This document shows, piece by piece, positions 49,295 to 60,436 of a stretch of 64,000 nt of DNA. A program made the position numbers and the translations under genes. Every line of letters begins with the position of its first letter. Positions within the stretch are counted from its first letter, which is position 1. The notes under the pieces were generated by a model that worked only from the letters and a program-made list of their open reading frames with translations, did no database searches and was not told the DNA's origin. Source of the stretch: Myxococcota bacterium (GTDB taxonomy: Bacteria; Myxococcota_A; UBA9160; UBA6930); contig OZ245002.1 of NCBI GenBank assembly GCA_965223415.1, positions 5,000,757 through 5,064,756 of the forward strand, written 5' to 3'.

Positions 49295-50005
49295 TCAGCG
49301 GAGGCGGTCGGTGAGGTCGCGGGTGGCGGTGGGGATGCCGGTGAGGAGGCTGCGGCCGACCCATTCGCGGCCGACGGCGATCCACTCGCAGACGGGCGCG
49401 GCTTCGAGCATGCGGGGGGCGGAGCGGTCGTCGAGGCGGCCGCCGAGGCCGAGGCGGAGGCCGAGCTTCGCGGCCAGGCGCGCGGCGTCCGAGAGGGCCT
49501 GCAGCGAGGGGCCGAGCTCGGATTCGGGCAGGTCGACGAGGGGGCTCGTGTCGAGCTCCGCGGCCGGAATGTCGGCCTGGCGCGCCGCCTTCACCGCATC
49601 CGGGTGCGGCGCGATGCGGGCCATCACGCCGATGCCCGCCTCGCGGAGTGTGCGCACCACCGGCGACAGCGCGCTGCCCCAGGCCTGGAAGTCGAGGGGA
49701 CCGGCGGCCCGGCCCGCGGCGCGGGTCTCGGCGGCCAGCAGCACACGCTCCGGCCGCGCCTCGAGGGCGGTCTTCACCAGGGTCGGCATCGGCGCCATCC
49801 GCAGCTCGAGCTCCCGACAGGCGCGCCGCACGTCGAGCACGTCGCTCTCGGTTACCGGACGGAGCTCCTCGAGCAGCCCGACCCGCACCGCGTCGGCGCC
49901 ACCGAGCTCGGCGAGGGTGGCCGCCGCGCCGAGGGTGGCGGTTCGCTGCAGCACCTGATCGCGCAGTACGGCGATCGCATCGAGACCCGTCACCAGCTTC
50001 CGCAT
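49295..50005 (-). CDS. PdxJ-like TIM-barrel protein lacking the recognisable PdxJ catalytic residues
   Basis: This is the last 236 aa of ORF 49295..50869, and the ATG overlaps the glmM stop by 1 nt. By eye it is collinear with E. coli PdxJ: GLDAIAVLRD vs NIDHIATLRN, VRVGLLEELRPV vs ITVHLREDRRHI, LGLGGRL vs VNAGHGL, IAVGREW vs NIGHAII. The His/Arg/Thr positions are substituted. Confidence 0.65.
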   Translation of the reverse strand: MRKLVTGLDAIAVLRDQVLQRTATLGAAATLAELGGADAVRVGLLEELRPVTESDVLDVRRACRELELRMAPMPTLVKTALEARPERVLLAAETRAAGRAAGPLDFQAWGSALSPVVRTLREAGIGVMARIAPHPDAVKAARQADIPAAELDTSPLVDLPESELGPSLQALSDAARLAAKLGLRLGLGGRLDDRSAPRMLEAAPVCEWIAVGREWVGRSLLTGIPTATRDLTDRLR

Positions 50006-51384
50006 CAAGCGCTCCCTCCGCCGACGGCCCGTTGCAGGGCCTCGGCTAGATCCTGGGCGTACTCCTCCACCCGGGCTTCGTCCTCGCCCTCGACCATCAC
50101 CCGGGCCTTCGGCTCGGTGCCGGAGTAGCGGATGAGCACTCGGCCCGACCCGCCCAGCTCGCCCTCCACCCGGGCCAGCCGCTCGCGAACCGCGGGCAGC
50201 TCGTCGATCGGGATCTTCTCGCTCACCTTCACGTTCACCAGCACCTGGGGGAAGCGCTCGAAATCGGCCACCAGCTCCGACAGGCGCTTCTGCTGCTTGC
50301 ACATCACCGCCAGGGCCTGGAGGCCGGTCAGCAGGCCGTCGCCGGTGGTGTTGTGGTCGAGGAAGACGATGTGGCCGCTCTGCTCGCCGCCGACGTTGTA
50401 GCCCCCGTCCCGCATCGCCTCGACGACGTAGCGGTCGCCGACCTTGGTGCGGACGAGGCCCAGCCCGAGCTTCTCCACCGCCTTCTCGAGGCCGAGGTTG
50501 CTCATCACCGTCGCCACCACCGCATCGCCGCGCAGCTTCTCGCGCTCGAAGAAGTCCTTGGCGAAGAGCGCCAGCAGCGCGTCGCCATCGACCACCTCGC
50601 CGCGCTCGTCCACCAGCATCACCCGGTCGGCGTCGCCGTCCACGGCGATGCCAATGTCCGCCCGCAGCTCCTTCACCCGGGCGGACAGCCGCTCGGGATG
50701 CAGCGATCCGGCCTTGTCGTTGATGTTGGTCCCGTTCGGCTCCACGCCCAAGGTGAAGAGCTCGGCCCCGAGCTCCTGGAGCATCGTCGGGCCGACCTTG
50801 TAGGCGGCGCCGTTGGCGCAATCGAGCACGACCCGCAGCCCTTCGAGATCCCGGTCGAAGGGAAAGCACTTCTTGAGGAAGACGACGTAACGCCCCTCCG
50901 CATCGTCGATTCGCTTGGCCCGACCGATCGAATCCGGCCCCGCCCGATGGTCCTGGAGCTCGTCGGAGGCGACGAGCTCCTCGATCCGCTTCTCGACCGC
51001 GTCCGGCAGCTTGAAGCCGTCATGGGCGAAGAACTTGATGCCGTTGTCCTGGTAGGGGTTGTGGCTCGCCGAGATCATGGCGCCGGCGTCGCAGCGCATG
51101 TCCCGGGTGAGGAAGGCCATCGCCGGCGTGGGCATGGGGCCCACCTGGATCACGTGGCCGCCCATCGAGCAGATGCCCGCGGCCAGCGCGTCCTCGAACA
51201 TGTAGCCGGACAGCCGCGTGTCCTTGCCGATCAGGAAGCGGTGGAGGCCGTCCCCCTCGCGCCGGAAGACATGGGCGATCGCCTGCCCGAGCTTCAGCGC
51301 CACCTCCACGGTCATGGGGAAGACGTTGGCCCGCCCCCGTACTCCGTCCGTGCCGAACAGCGCTCCGGGCCGCTCGTCGCTCAT
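50005..51384 (-). CDS. glmM: phosphoglucosamine mutase
   Basis: 459 aa. LFGTDGVRG, phosphoserine loop SASHNPYQDNG, DGDADR, and GEQSGH. Confidence 0.95.
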   Translation of the reverse strand: MSDERPGALFGTDGVRGRANVFPMTVEVALKLGQAIAHVFRREGDGLHRFLIGKDTRLSGYMFEDALAAGICSMGGHVIQVGPMPTPAMAFLTRDMRCDAGAMISASHNPYQDNGIKFFAHDGFKLPDAVEKRIEELVASDELQDHRAGPDSIGRAKRIDDAEGRYVVFLKKCFPFDRDLEGLRVVLDCANGAAYKVGPTMLQELGAELFTLGVEPNGTNINDKAGSLHPERLSARVKELRADIGIAVDGDADRVMLVDERGEVVDGDALLALFAKDFFEREKLRGDAVVATVMSNLGLEKAVEKLGLGLVRTKVGDRYVVEAMRDGGYNVGGEQSGHIVFLDHNTTGDGLLTGLQALAVMCKQQKRLSELVADFERFPQVLVNVKVSEKIPIDELPAVRERLARVEGELGGSGRVLIRYSGTEPKARVMVEGEDEARVEEYAQDLAEALQRAVGGGSA

Positions 51385-52052
51385 CCCGTCTCCTCCGCTG
51401 CCTCGGGTGCGGCGGCCTCGGGCATCACCTGGACGCGCACCGTGATGGGCTCGTCGCTCTCGAGCCAGATGTGCCGACCCACCAGGGCGGGCTTCACGCT
51501 GCGTTCGACCGGGGCGTCCGCGCCGCTCACGTCGATCGTTTCGGTCATCACCTCGCCCAACCGAAGGACTTCGCTGCGGGCGCCTGTGATCCAGATCCGG
51601 GCCGGCTCCAGCTCGACCCCCTCGATCACGAAGCCCGGGGCCGGGTCGCCGGCCAGGTCCGGCCGCAGGAGGACCGCTTTCCGGCCGCGCTGGGTGAGAG
51701 TGAACTCGATGCCCGCGGGCGACCGGCTCACCACCTGGAGGCCCCGGGGCAGCTCCAGCTCCTGGGTCTCCACCGCGTGGGCGGTCACCCCCTTCTGCGC
51801 GCCGGAGAGGTCCACGCCGTACTCGAGGTCGCCCACCGAGAGCCTGCGCAGCGCCGCCCGGCTCCCCCGAACCCGCACGTTCACCGTGTCCGTGGTCTGC
51901 TGGGTCACGACCAGGTCGTCGGGAACGCCCTCCAGCGCCACCGGAAGGTCGAATCCCCGCTCGATCGACGAGGTACTGTGGGAGACGCCCCAGAGCAGGA
52001 AGGCCGCGATCAGGGCGAGGAGCTTGAAGCCCAGGTTCTTGAAGGGCCTCAT
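51381..52052 (-). CDS. cdaR: YbbR-domain protein (CdaR-like regulator of the diadenylate cyclase)
   Basis: An internal ATG at 52052 gives MRPFKNLGFKLLALIAAFLLWGV (anchor). Repeated YbbR-like beta modules follow (VNVRVRG..., IEFTL..., IWITG...). It sits between cdaA and glmM, and its stop overlaps the glmM ATG (ATGA). Confidence 0.75.
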   Translation of the reverse strand: MRPFKNLGFKLLALIAAFLLWGVSHSTSSIERGFDLPVALEGVPDDLVVTQQTTDTVNVRVRGSRAALRRLSVGDLEYGVDLSGAQKGVTAHAVETQELELPRGLQVVSRSPAGIEFTLTQRGRKAVLLRPDLAGDPAPGFVIEGVELEPARIWITGARSEVLRLGEVMTETIDVSGADAPVERSVKPALVGRHIWLESDEPITVRVQVMPEAAAPEAAEETG

Positions 52053-52083
52053 CGGGTCCGCTCGGCGTCGGGATTCAGCGCGT

Positions 52084-52989
52084 TCATCGGGTCTGCACCG
52101 CGTCGGGCGAGCTGGGGGGGCCGCCCTCGCCGCCCGTCTCTTCCACCGCCTCGGCGGCGATCTCGTCCACGGGCGTCCCGAGGATCGAATCCCGGGAGAA
52201 GAGGTCCCGCAGCACGACCCGGAGCTGGGGCGCATCCAGGTTGCGGGTGATGTTGCCGCCGACCACCACCGAGATCCCGCCGGTCTCCTCGGACACCACG
52301 ATCACCACCGCATCGGTCTCCTCGGTGATGCCGACGGCCGCCCGGTGGCGCGTGCCCATACCCTCGGGCAGGTCCCCGCTCAGCGTGAGCGGCAGGATGC
52401 ACCCGGCGTGGGTGACGCGCCCTTCGGTGACGAGCACGGCGCCGTCGTGGATCGGCGAGTAGGGCAGGAAGATCGAGGTGAGCAGCTCCTTCGTCACCAC
52501 ACCGTCGATGGCGGTGCCCGCCTCCACCAGGTCGTCGAGGCCGGTATCGCGCTCGAGCACGATGAGCGCGCCGACCCGCTTCTCGGCCAGGCTCTGGCCC
52601 GCCCGCACCACCTCCTCGAGGATCTGCGACTCCTGGCGCTCGCTGATGCGCGGGAACACACCCCGGCCCATCCGCGCCAACACCCGCCGGATGTCGGCCT
52701 GGAACAGCACGATGATGATCAGCACCGCCGAGGCCAGGAAGTTCTCCAGGATCCAGGACAGGGTGACCAGGTCGAACAGGTCCGAGACCAGCCGCAGCGC
52801 GAGCAACGCCAGCAGGCCCAGCAGGATCTGGATGGCCCGGGTGCCCTTCAAGAGCAGCAGCAGCCAGTAGATTCCGAAGCTCACGACCAGGATGTCGAGG
52901 GTGTCGCGCACCGGGTCGTAGGTGGTCGTGAGGAACGACCACAGCTCGCCCGCCTGGGCCCGGAGCCACTCGAGGAGGAACTCGATCAC
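52084..52989 (-). CDS. cdaA: diadenylate cyclase CdaA (three TM segments plus DAC domain)
   Basis: The GTG at 52989 overlaps the folP stop (GTGA). It has an N-terminal TM region and the DAC motifs HDGAVLV (DGA) and GTRHRAAVGITEETDAVVIVVSEETGGIS (RHR). Confidence 0.9.
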   Translation of the reverse strand: MIEFLLEWLRAQAGELWSFLTTTYDPVRDTLDILVVSFGIYWLLLLLKGTRAIQILLGLLALLALRLVSDLFDLVTLSWILENFLASAVLIIIVLFQADIRRVLARMGRGVFPRISERQESQILEEVVRAGQSLAEKRVGALIVLERDTGLDDLVEAGTAIDGVVTKELLTSIFLPYSPIHDGAVLVTEGRVTHAGCILPLTLSGDLPEGMGTRHRAAVGITEETDAVVIVVSEETGGISVVVGGNITRNLDAPQLRVVLRDLFSRDSILGTPVDEIAAEAVEETGGEGGPPSSPDAVQTR

Positions 52990-53834
52990 GGGCGGGCTCC
53001 GCGGAGGGCGTGGGCCACCTTCACGGCCCGGGCGGTGCCCGCGATCTCGTGCACGCGCACGGCGTCGGCGCCGGCGAACACCGCCACGGCACAGGCGGCC
53101 TGGGTGGCCGTGTCCCGCTCCGCGGCCGGATCCCCGGTGAGCTGCCCGAGGAAAGCCTTGCGGGACGGTCCGACCAGGACCGGCCGCCCCACCCGCTTGC
53201 GCAGCTCCCCGGTCTGGGCCAGGAGCGCGAGGTTGTGCGGGAGCTCCTTGCCGAAGCCGATGCCCGGATCCACCGCGATGCGCTCCGGCGCGACGCCCGC
53301 CGCTTCGGCCCGCGCGACGGCGGCCCGGAGCTCTTCCGCCACCTCGGTGAGCACGTCGTCGAAGGCGATCTCCTGCTGCATGGTGGCGGGCTCGCCGCGC
53401 AGGTGGCCGAGCACGAGACCGGCGCCCCGGCGCGCGGCCTCCACCGCGAGCTCCGGGTCGAAGGCGCCCCCGGACACGTCGTTCACGACCCGGGCTCCGG
53501 CCTCGAGGGCCGCGGCTGCCACCTCTGCCTTGCGGGTGTCGATCGACAGCGGCACGTCCAGGTGCTTGGCGAGGGCCTCGATCAGCGGGCGGGTGCGACG
53601 GATCTCTTCGTCGGCGGGAACCGTGCCCGCCCCGGGCCGGGTGGACTCGCCGCCCACGTCGATCCAGTGGGCACCGTCGCGCACCATGGCGCGCGCAGCC
53701 TCGACGGCCCGGCCCACGTCCGGAGCGCCGCTGCCGCGGACGAAGCGACCTCCATCCGAGAAGGAATCGGGCGTCGCGTTCAGCACCCCGACGATCGTCA
53801 CCCGGTCGGGCGGGAAGATCGTCGTCCAGCTCAT
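52986..53834 (-). CDS. folP: dihydropteroate synthase
   Basis: An internal ATG at 53834. Motifs are VGVLNATPDSFSDGG, IDVGGESTRPG, SIDT, NDVSG and VGPSRK. Confidence 0.93.
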   Translation of the reverse strand: MSWTTIFPPDRVTIVGVLNATPDSFSDGGRFVRGSGAPDVGRAVEAARAMVRDGAHWIDVGGESTRPGAGTVPADEEIRRTRPLIEALAKHLDVPLSIDTRKAEVAAAALEAGARVVNDVSGGAFDPELAVEAARRGAGLVLGHLRGEPATMQQEIAFDDVLTEVAEELRAAVARAEAAGVAPERIAVDPGIGFGKELPHNLALLAQTGELRKRVGRPVLVGPSRKAFLGQLTGDPAAERDTATQAACAVAVFAGADAVRVHEIAGTARAVKVAHALRGARP

Positions 53835-53892
53835 CCGCCAACCTCTCTGGGGGGAGATTCTCGCTCTGGCACCTCGGACGCCCCGGCTCGCG

Positions 53893-55818
<1,926 letters not shown>

Positions 55819-56037
55819 GTTCGCTCCCGGCGACTCGGATGCCGTTGATTCAGATGCCGTAGGTGGTGCCGTTGGGTCGGACGCGCAAGACCGATCTGAG
55901 CTGTGTGGAAGAAGCCCCAAACGCAAGATCGATAGTGGTTCCCGCAGCTTAGCATCCGCCCCCTGCCGTGCCCGATCGCTCCCCACGTCGTTTCGGCAGG
56001 AGTCTCGTCCCGCCTGAGGGCGCGCGGCCTCGCTTGG

Positions 56038-57087
56038 TCACGAAGGGCTAGGACGCTCGTCGGGGTCGCTTCGTTCTGCGGATGTCGCGCAAGCGAGCCG
56101 GAAGCCCTGGGCGTCCCGTTGCAGGCGGAGGCCGCCGGGAAGCTCCAGCACCGCACCGGGTGCCGCGGCGACCACGAACTCCAGCGCGCGGTCGAGGTGA
56201 CGACGGCTCACATCGCGGCCGCCGCCGAGCCCGTGCCACGCACGGCGCAGCAGACGACGGGCCAGGGCCGGCGGCAGCGTCTCCCAGCCGTCGCCGGCGA
56301 GGCGAACGACCTCTTCGTTGCCTCCGAGCCAGCGCGGCGCGGCTTCGTCGACCAGGGTCTCCATCCAGGCGTTCTCGTCCCGCTGGGCCGCGGCGAGATC
56401 CGCCAGGGCCCGCCGCCAGCCCGGGTTGAGGGCGACTGCCAGCTCCTGGAGCCCCAGGCGCAGGCGCGCCCGGGCGAAGCGCGGCTCGCGGTTCGACGGG
56501 TCCTCGCGCCAGCGAAGCCCGCGCTCGGCGGCCCAGGCCTCGATCTCGTCGCGTCCCAGGCCGAGCAGCGGCCGCACGACCCGCCCGTCCGGAGACACGG
56601 GAGGAATTCCGGCGAGCCCGTCCGGGCCCGTGCCCCGGAACAGCCGGAGCAGGATCGTCTCCGCCTGGTCATCGCGCTGGTGGGCCGTGGCGAGGTGGGA
56701 GGCGCCGAGCTCCGCGGCCATGGCGTGCAGGGCGTCGTAGCGCAGTCGGCGGGCCGCCTCCTGGAGGCTCGGCCGGGCCCGACTCGGCCCCTCGTCCCGC
56801 AGGCGCTCCGGATCCACCTTCGCCAGGCGAAACGGGAGCCCCAGCCGCGCTGCCGCCCCCTCCACCAGGGCCACGTCCGCGTCGGCGTCAGCGCCGCGCA
56901 GGCCGTGATGGACGTGTCCCACCGAGAGCCCCAGCCCGAGCTCCTCGCGGAGCTCGGCCAGCGCGTGCAGCAAGACGATCGAGTCGACCCCGCCCGAAAC
57001 GGCGACGAGCAGATGCCGTCCGCCGAGCCCGAGCGCCTGGACCGCCCGCGCCACCTCCGCGGACGCCTGGGCGAGGGGTCGGCCCAC
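56038..57087 (-). CDS. tilS: tRNA(Ile)-lysidine synthetase (short form)
   Basis: 349 aa. PP-loop VAVSGGVDSIVLLH. Conserved HHGLR and ATAHQRDDQAETILLRL. Confidence 0.9.
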   Translation of the reverse strand: MGRPLAQASAEVARAVQALGLGGRHLLVAVSGGVDSIVLLHALAELREELGLGLSVGHVHHGLRGADADADVALVEGAAARLGLPFRLAKVDPERLRDEGPSRARPSLQEAARRLRYDALHAMAAELGASHLATAHQRDDQAETILLRLFRGTGPDGLAGIPPVSPDGRVVRPLLGLGRDEIEAWAAERGLRWREDPSNREPRFARARLRLGLQELAVALNPGWRRALADLAAAQRDENAWMETLVDEAAPRWLGGNEEVVRLAGDGWETLPPALARRLLRRAWHGLGGGRDVSRRHLDRALEFVVAAAPGAVLELPGGLRLQRDAQGFRLACATSAERSDPDERPSPS

Positions 57088-57091
57088 GGGT

Positions 57092-57952
57092 CTAGCGGAG
57101 CGCGCTGGCGTCGCCGATCAGGACGCGGGTGCCGTCGTCCTTCTCGACCCAGACGTCGCATGCGACCCGGGTGCGCGTCCCCTCCGGCCACTCCTCGCGC
57201 ACCCGGCCGTAGGCGGTGACGCGCTCGTCCACCCACAGCACGTTGGTGAGCTTCAGCGACATCTTGCCGCCCTGCAGGAAGCCCATGCCGAAGTGGTCGA
57301 GCATCACCTGAGCCGCGAAGCAGGTGGTCATCATCCCCTGCACCACGATGTTCGGAAAGCCGATCTTCTGGGCCTCTGCCGCATCGGTGTGGTAGTTGCG
57401 TCCGGGACCGCTGAACATCCAGCAACGCCGGGCATCGATCCGCTTGCTCGTCGGCGCGAGATCTTCGCCCGTGGCCGTGGGAAACGGCGGACGCGGCGTC
57501 TTCTTCTTCGCCGTCGACTCGTCCACGACGTAGCCTTCGTCGCCCTCCCGCTCCTTCGGCGGAAGGAAGGACTGGTGCGTGCGTCCGCGCACGAGCAGCT
57601 GGCCGCTCTCGGCGTCCACCACGTCGGTCTCGTTCACGACGTAGTCGCGCCCGCGCTTGGCGTAGCGGCCGACGATCGTCGAGCGGGTGCGCACCCGGCT
57701 TCCGACGCGGATCGGTGCGAACAGCTCCCAGTCCTGCTGGCCGTGGAGGTTCCCGAACAAGTTCTTCAGGTACCACTCGCCGACGAACTGGTAGCACTCG
57801 GAGTGAAAGAGCAGCGGCGGTGCCACCTCTTCGTAGAGCGGATTGGGATCGTCCAGGGCGTCGGCGTAGAACGTGACCACCTCCGGAGTGACGTCGTAGG
57901 TATGGCTTCCGCAGTGACGGCCGACGAAGGCCGGCTGACCGAGCAGGTTCAC
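57092..57952 (-). CDS. MaoC-like (R)-specific enoyl-CoA hydratase/dehydratase, double hot-dog
   Basis: 286 aa. Two hot-dog-like halves are joined by a charged linker. The C-terminal half has MaoC-type YHTDAAEAQKIGFPNIVVQGMMT. Confidence 0.75.
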   Translation of the reverse strand: MNLLGQPAFVGRHCGSHTYDVTPEVVTFYADALDDPNPLYEEVAPPLLFHSECYQFVGEWYLKNLFGNLHGQQDWELFAPIRVGSRVRTRSTIVGRYAKRGRDYVVNETDVVDAESGQLLVRGRTHQSFLPPKEREGDEGYVVDESTAKKKTPRPPFPTATGEDLAPTSKRIDARRCWMFSGPGRNYHTDAAEAQKIGFPNIVVQGMMTTCFAAQVMLDHFGMGFLQGGKMSLKLTNVLWVDERVTAYGRVREEWPEGTRTRVACDVWVEKDDGTRVLIGDASALR

Positions 57953-58023
57953 GGGGCTCCTCCCGGGAGCCGTGGCGGCTCCCTCCGCGGCAATGATCGC
58001 ATACTTCCGGTATCACACCCGCC

Positions 58024-59556
58024 GTGCCGAGCCCGCTCGACAACGTGAGCCTCTGGATCCGCGAGCGCGCGCGCCTCGCACCGGAGCGCACGGCGGTCAT
58101 CGACGCGGAGCGCAGCCTCGACTTCGCTGCCCTCGAGGAGCGGGTGGCCCGCGCCGCCGGTCTCCTGGCGGGGCATGGGATCGGGCACGGCGATCGGGTG
58201 GGCCTGCTGCTCGGCAACCGCAGCGCCTACCTGGAGCTGGTGTTCGCGGCCGCGCGCCTCGGCGCCATCGCCATGCCGATCAACACCCGCCTCGCCCCAC
58301 CGGAGGTAGCGGAGCTGCTCGACGACGCGCGGCCCGGCCTGCTCTTCCACGAAGCGGCGCTCGAACCCCTGGCCCGGGCCAGCCTGGAGCGCGCCCGCCT
58401 CGCCTCGCCGGCGCCCCGCGCCGTGGGGGGCTCAGCCGATCCCTACGAAGCCGCCCTCGCCGCCCAAGCGCCCCACGACACCATCGCCCCGGTCGCACCG
58501 GAGGATCCGATGATCCTCATGTACACGTCCGGCACCACCGGCGTTCCCAAGGGCGCGCTGCTCCCGCACCGCAAGACGCTCTACAACAGCCTCAACGCCC
58601 AGCTGTTCTTCGGCTGCACCCAGGACGATCGGGTGCTCGTGGTGGTGCCGCTCTTCCACTCCTTCGGGCTCAAGATCCTGGCGATCCCGGCCCTCTACTG
58701 CGGCGCCACGGTCTTGCTCCAGGACGCTTTCGAGCCCCACGCCCTGTGGCGCGCGGTGGAGGAGCACCGCATCACCTACTTCGGCGGGGTGCCCACGCTC
58801 TTCGGACCGCTTCAGGAGGCCCTCGACACCGATCGCCCCGACCTGTCCTCCCTCCGCTTCGTGTTCACCGCCGGCTCCGCGATCCCGGTGGAGCGCATCC
58901 ATGCCTTCGAGGAGCGGGGGCTGCGCCTCAAGCAGGGCTTCGGCCAGACCGAGACCTCGATCCTCTGCTGCCTCGACGCCGCGGACGCGGTGCGCAAGGC
59001 CGGGAGCGTCGGGCGCCCGGTCTTCCACGGGGAGGTGCGTATCGTCCGCGAGCGCTCGCTCGCGGCGCCTCCCGCCCGGTGGGAGGATTGCGAGGTGGGC
59101 GAATCCGGCGAGATCGTCGTGCGCGGCCCCATCACCATGCTGGGTTACTGGGAGCGCCCGGACGCCAACGCCGAGACCCTGCGCGACGACTGGCTCCGCA
59201 CCGGCGACCTGGGCGCCTTCGACGCCGAGGGCTTCGTCACCCTGACCGGCCGCGCCCGCGACATGTACATCTCCGGCGGCGAGAACGTGTACCCGCGGCA
59301 GGTCGAGGCGGTCTACGAGGCCCACCCGGACGTGCACGAGCTCGCCGTCATCGGCGTGCCGGACGAGCGCTGGGGCGAGACCGGCCACGCCTACGTGGTG
59401 CTCGAGCCTGGCGCCCGCCTCGACGCGGAGGCGCTGCGAGCCTGGGGGCGCGAGCGGCTGGCCACCTTCAAGGTGCCGACGACTTTCGAAGCGGTGGGCG
59501 CGCTGCCGAAGACCGTTACCGGGAAGGTGCAGAGGTTCCGGCTGGCCGGACGCTAG
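58024..59556 (+). CDS. AMP-dependent acyl-CoA synthetase/ligase
   Basis: 510 aa. AMP-binding motif I is MYTSGTTGVPKGA. Other motifs are GFGQTE, TGDLG and ISGGENVYP, with the terminal lysine motif LPKTVTGKV. Confidence 0.9.
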   Translation: MPSPLDNVSLWIRERARLAPERTAVIDAERSLDFAALEERVARAAGLLAGHGIGHGDRVGLLLGNRSAYLELVFAAARLGAIAMPINTRLAPPEVAELLDDARPGLLFHEAALEPLARASLERARLASPAPRAVGGSADPYEAALAAQAPHDTIAPVAPEDPMILMYTSGTTGVPKGALLPHRKTLYNSLNAQLFFGCTQDDRVLVVVPLFHSFGLKILAIPALYCGATVLLQDAFEPHALWRAVEEHRITYFGGVPTLFGPLQEALDTDRPDLSSLRFVFTAGSAIPVERIHAFEERGLRLKQGFGQTETSILCCLDAADAVRKAGSVGRPVFHGEVRIVRERSLAAPPARWEDCEVGESGEIVVRGPITMLGYWERPDANAETLRDDWLRTGDLGAFDAEGFVTLTGRARDMYISGGENVYPRQVEAVYEAHPDVHELAVIGVPDERWGETGHAYVVLEPGARLDAEALRAWGRERLATFKVPTTFEAVGALPKTVTGKVQRFRLAGR

Positions 59557-59575
59557 CCCGAGAGGGGAGCCGCGT

Positions 59576-59652
59576 TGGTGGCGATGGCTGGACTCGAACC
59601 AGCGACCCCCGGCTTATGAAACCAGTGCTCTAACCGACTGAGCTACATCGCC
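59576..59652 (-). tRNA. tRNA with CAU anticodon (elongator Met type; Ile2/lysidine substrate not excluded)
   Basis: Minus strand reads GGCGATG-TA-GCTC-AGTCGGTTA-GAGC-A-CTGGT-TTCATAA-GCCGG-GGGTC-GCTGG-TTCGAGT-CCAGC-CATCGCC-A-CCA. Positions 1 and 72 are paired and the anticodon stem has no GGG/CCC, so it is not an initiator tRNA. Confidence 0.88.
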
Positions 59653-59714
59653 ACGCGACGGGGCAAGCTAGCGAATCCGGCCCCTTCTGCTCTCTGCGGC
59701 CGGCGGGAGCGCTC

Positions 59715-60329
59715 TCAGCGGCCGCCCGCGCGGGCGGCCTGATCTCCGGCTGCGCTCCCGCTCGAGAAGACCTGCTTCTCGAGCGCTTCGACCCGGCTGC
59801 GCAGCGCTTCGAGCTCGCCGCGGGCTGCCGCCGGGTCGCTGGCGGACACCTTGGGGAGCCTGCCGAGCCCACCGGTGACGTGGTGGGCCACGCGCTTCAC
59901 CAGGTTGTCGAGGCGAGGGATGATCTCGCCCAGGGTTCCCGATTGCACGAACACCGAGCGGGGGTCGCCGGCGTCCTCGCCCTGGACCTGCACGCAGCGG
60001 ACGTCCAGGCTGGCGCCCTCTCCGAAGCGGGTGAAGGAACCGTAGAGCACCCAGCGGGCGCCGGCGGCGCGGCCGGCGCCCTGGGCGGCCTCGAGGTCGG
60101 TCGTGGCCTGCTCCGGATCGTCGACCTTGATGACCGCGACGCCCTTCTCCTGGCCCAGCCGGGAGGCGAGCATCTCCGCGAGGCCGGATCGCAGGTAGTC
60201 CCGATCCTCCGTGGCATGCACGACGATCGGGAGGATCGCCACGCGGGCGCGCGAATCGGCGGCGGCAGCGGTGCCCGCCAGCACGAGGAGCAGGACGGCC
60301 GCGGCAGCGATGGCGGACTCTCGTTTCAC
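59715..60329 (-). CDS. secreted/lipoprotein-like hypothetical protein with C-terminal coiled coil
   Basis: The GTG at 60329 lies 8 nt after GGGGAG. The signal peptide is VKRESAIAAAAVLLLVLAGTAAA. RVAILPIVVHATEDRDYLRSGLAEMLASRL resembles TolB-N/FlgO-type periplasmic modules. The tail contains ELEALRSRVEALEKQV. Confidence 0.6.
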   Translation of the reverse strand: MKRESAIAAAAVLLLVLAGTAAAADSRARVAILPIVVHATEDRDYLRSGLAEMLASRLGQEKGVAVIKVDDPEQATTDLEAAQGAGRAAGARWVLYGSFTRFGEGASLDVRCVQVQGEDAGDPRSVFVQSGTLGEIIPRLDNLVKRVAHHVTGGLGRLPKVSASDPAAARGELEALRSRVEALEKQVFSSGSAAGDQAARAGGR

Positions 60330-60436
60330 GTCGGGCACTCCCCTGGGCAACGGCCCCTGCGTCGATCCGCACCGACGCGGGGTTCCCCCCGCGGAGACGG
60401 AGACGCGAGTCGTTCTATCAGGTGGGGAGGGGAGGG

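Noticed and set aside
55819-56037. Short direct repeats in the ftsH leader (ACGGCATC twice, TCTTGCG twice) and a possible heat-shock promoter.
   Set aside because: The repeats are only 7-8 nt, and I could not find a convincing sigma32 or sigma70 -35/-10 pair. The evidence is too weak to call.
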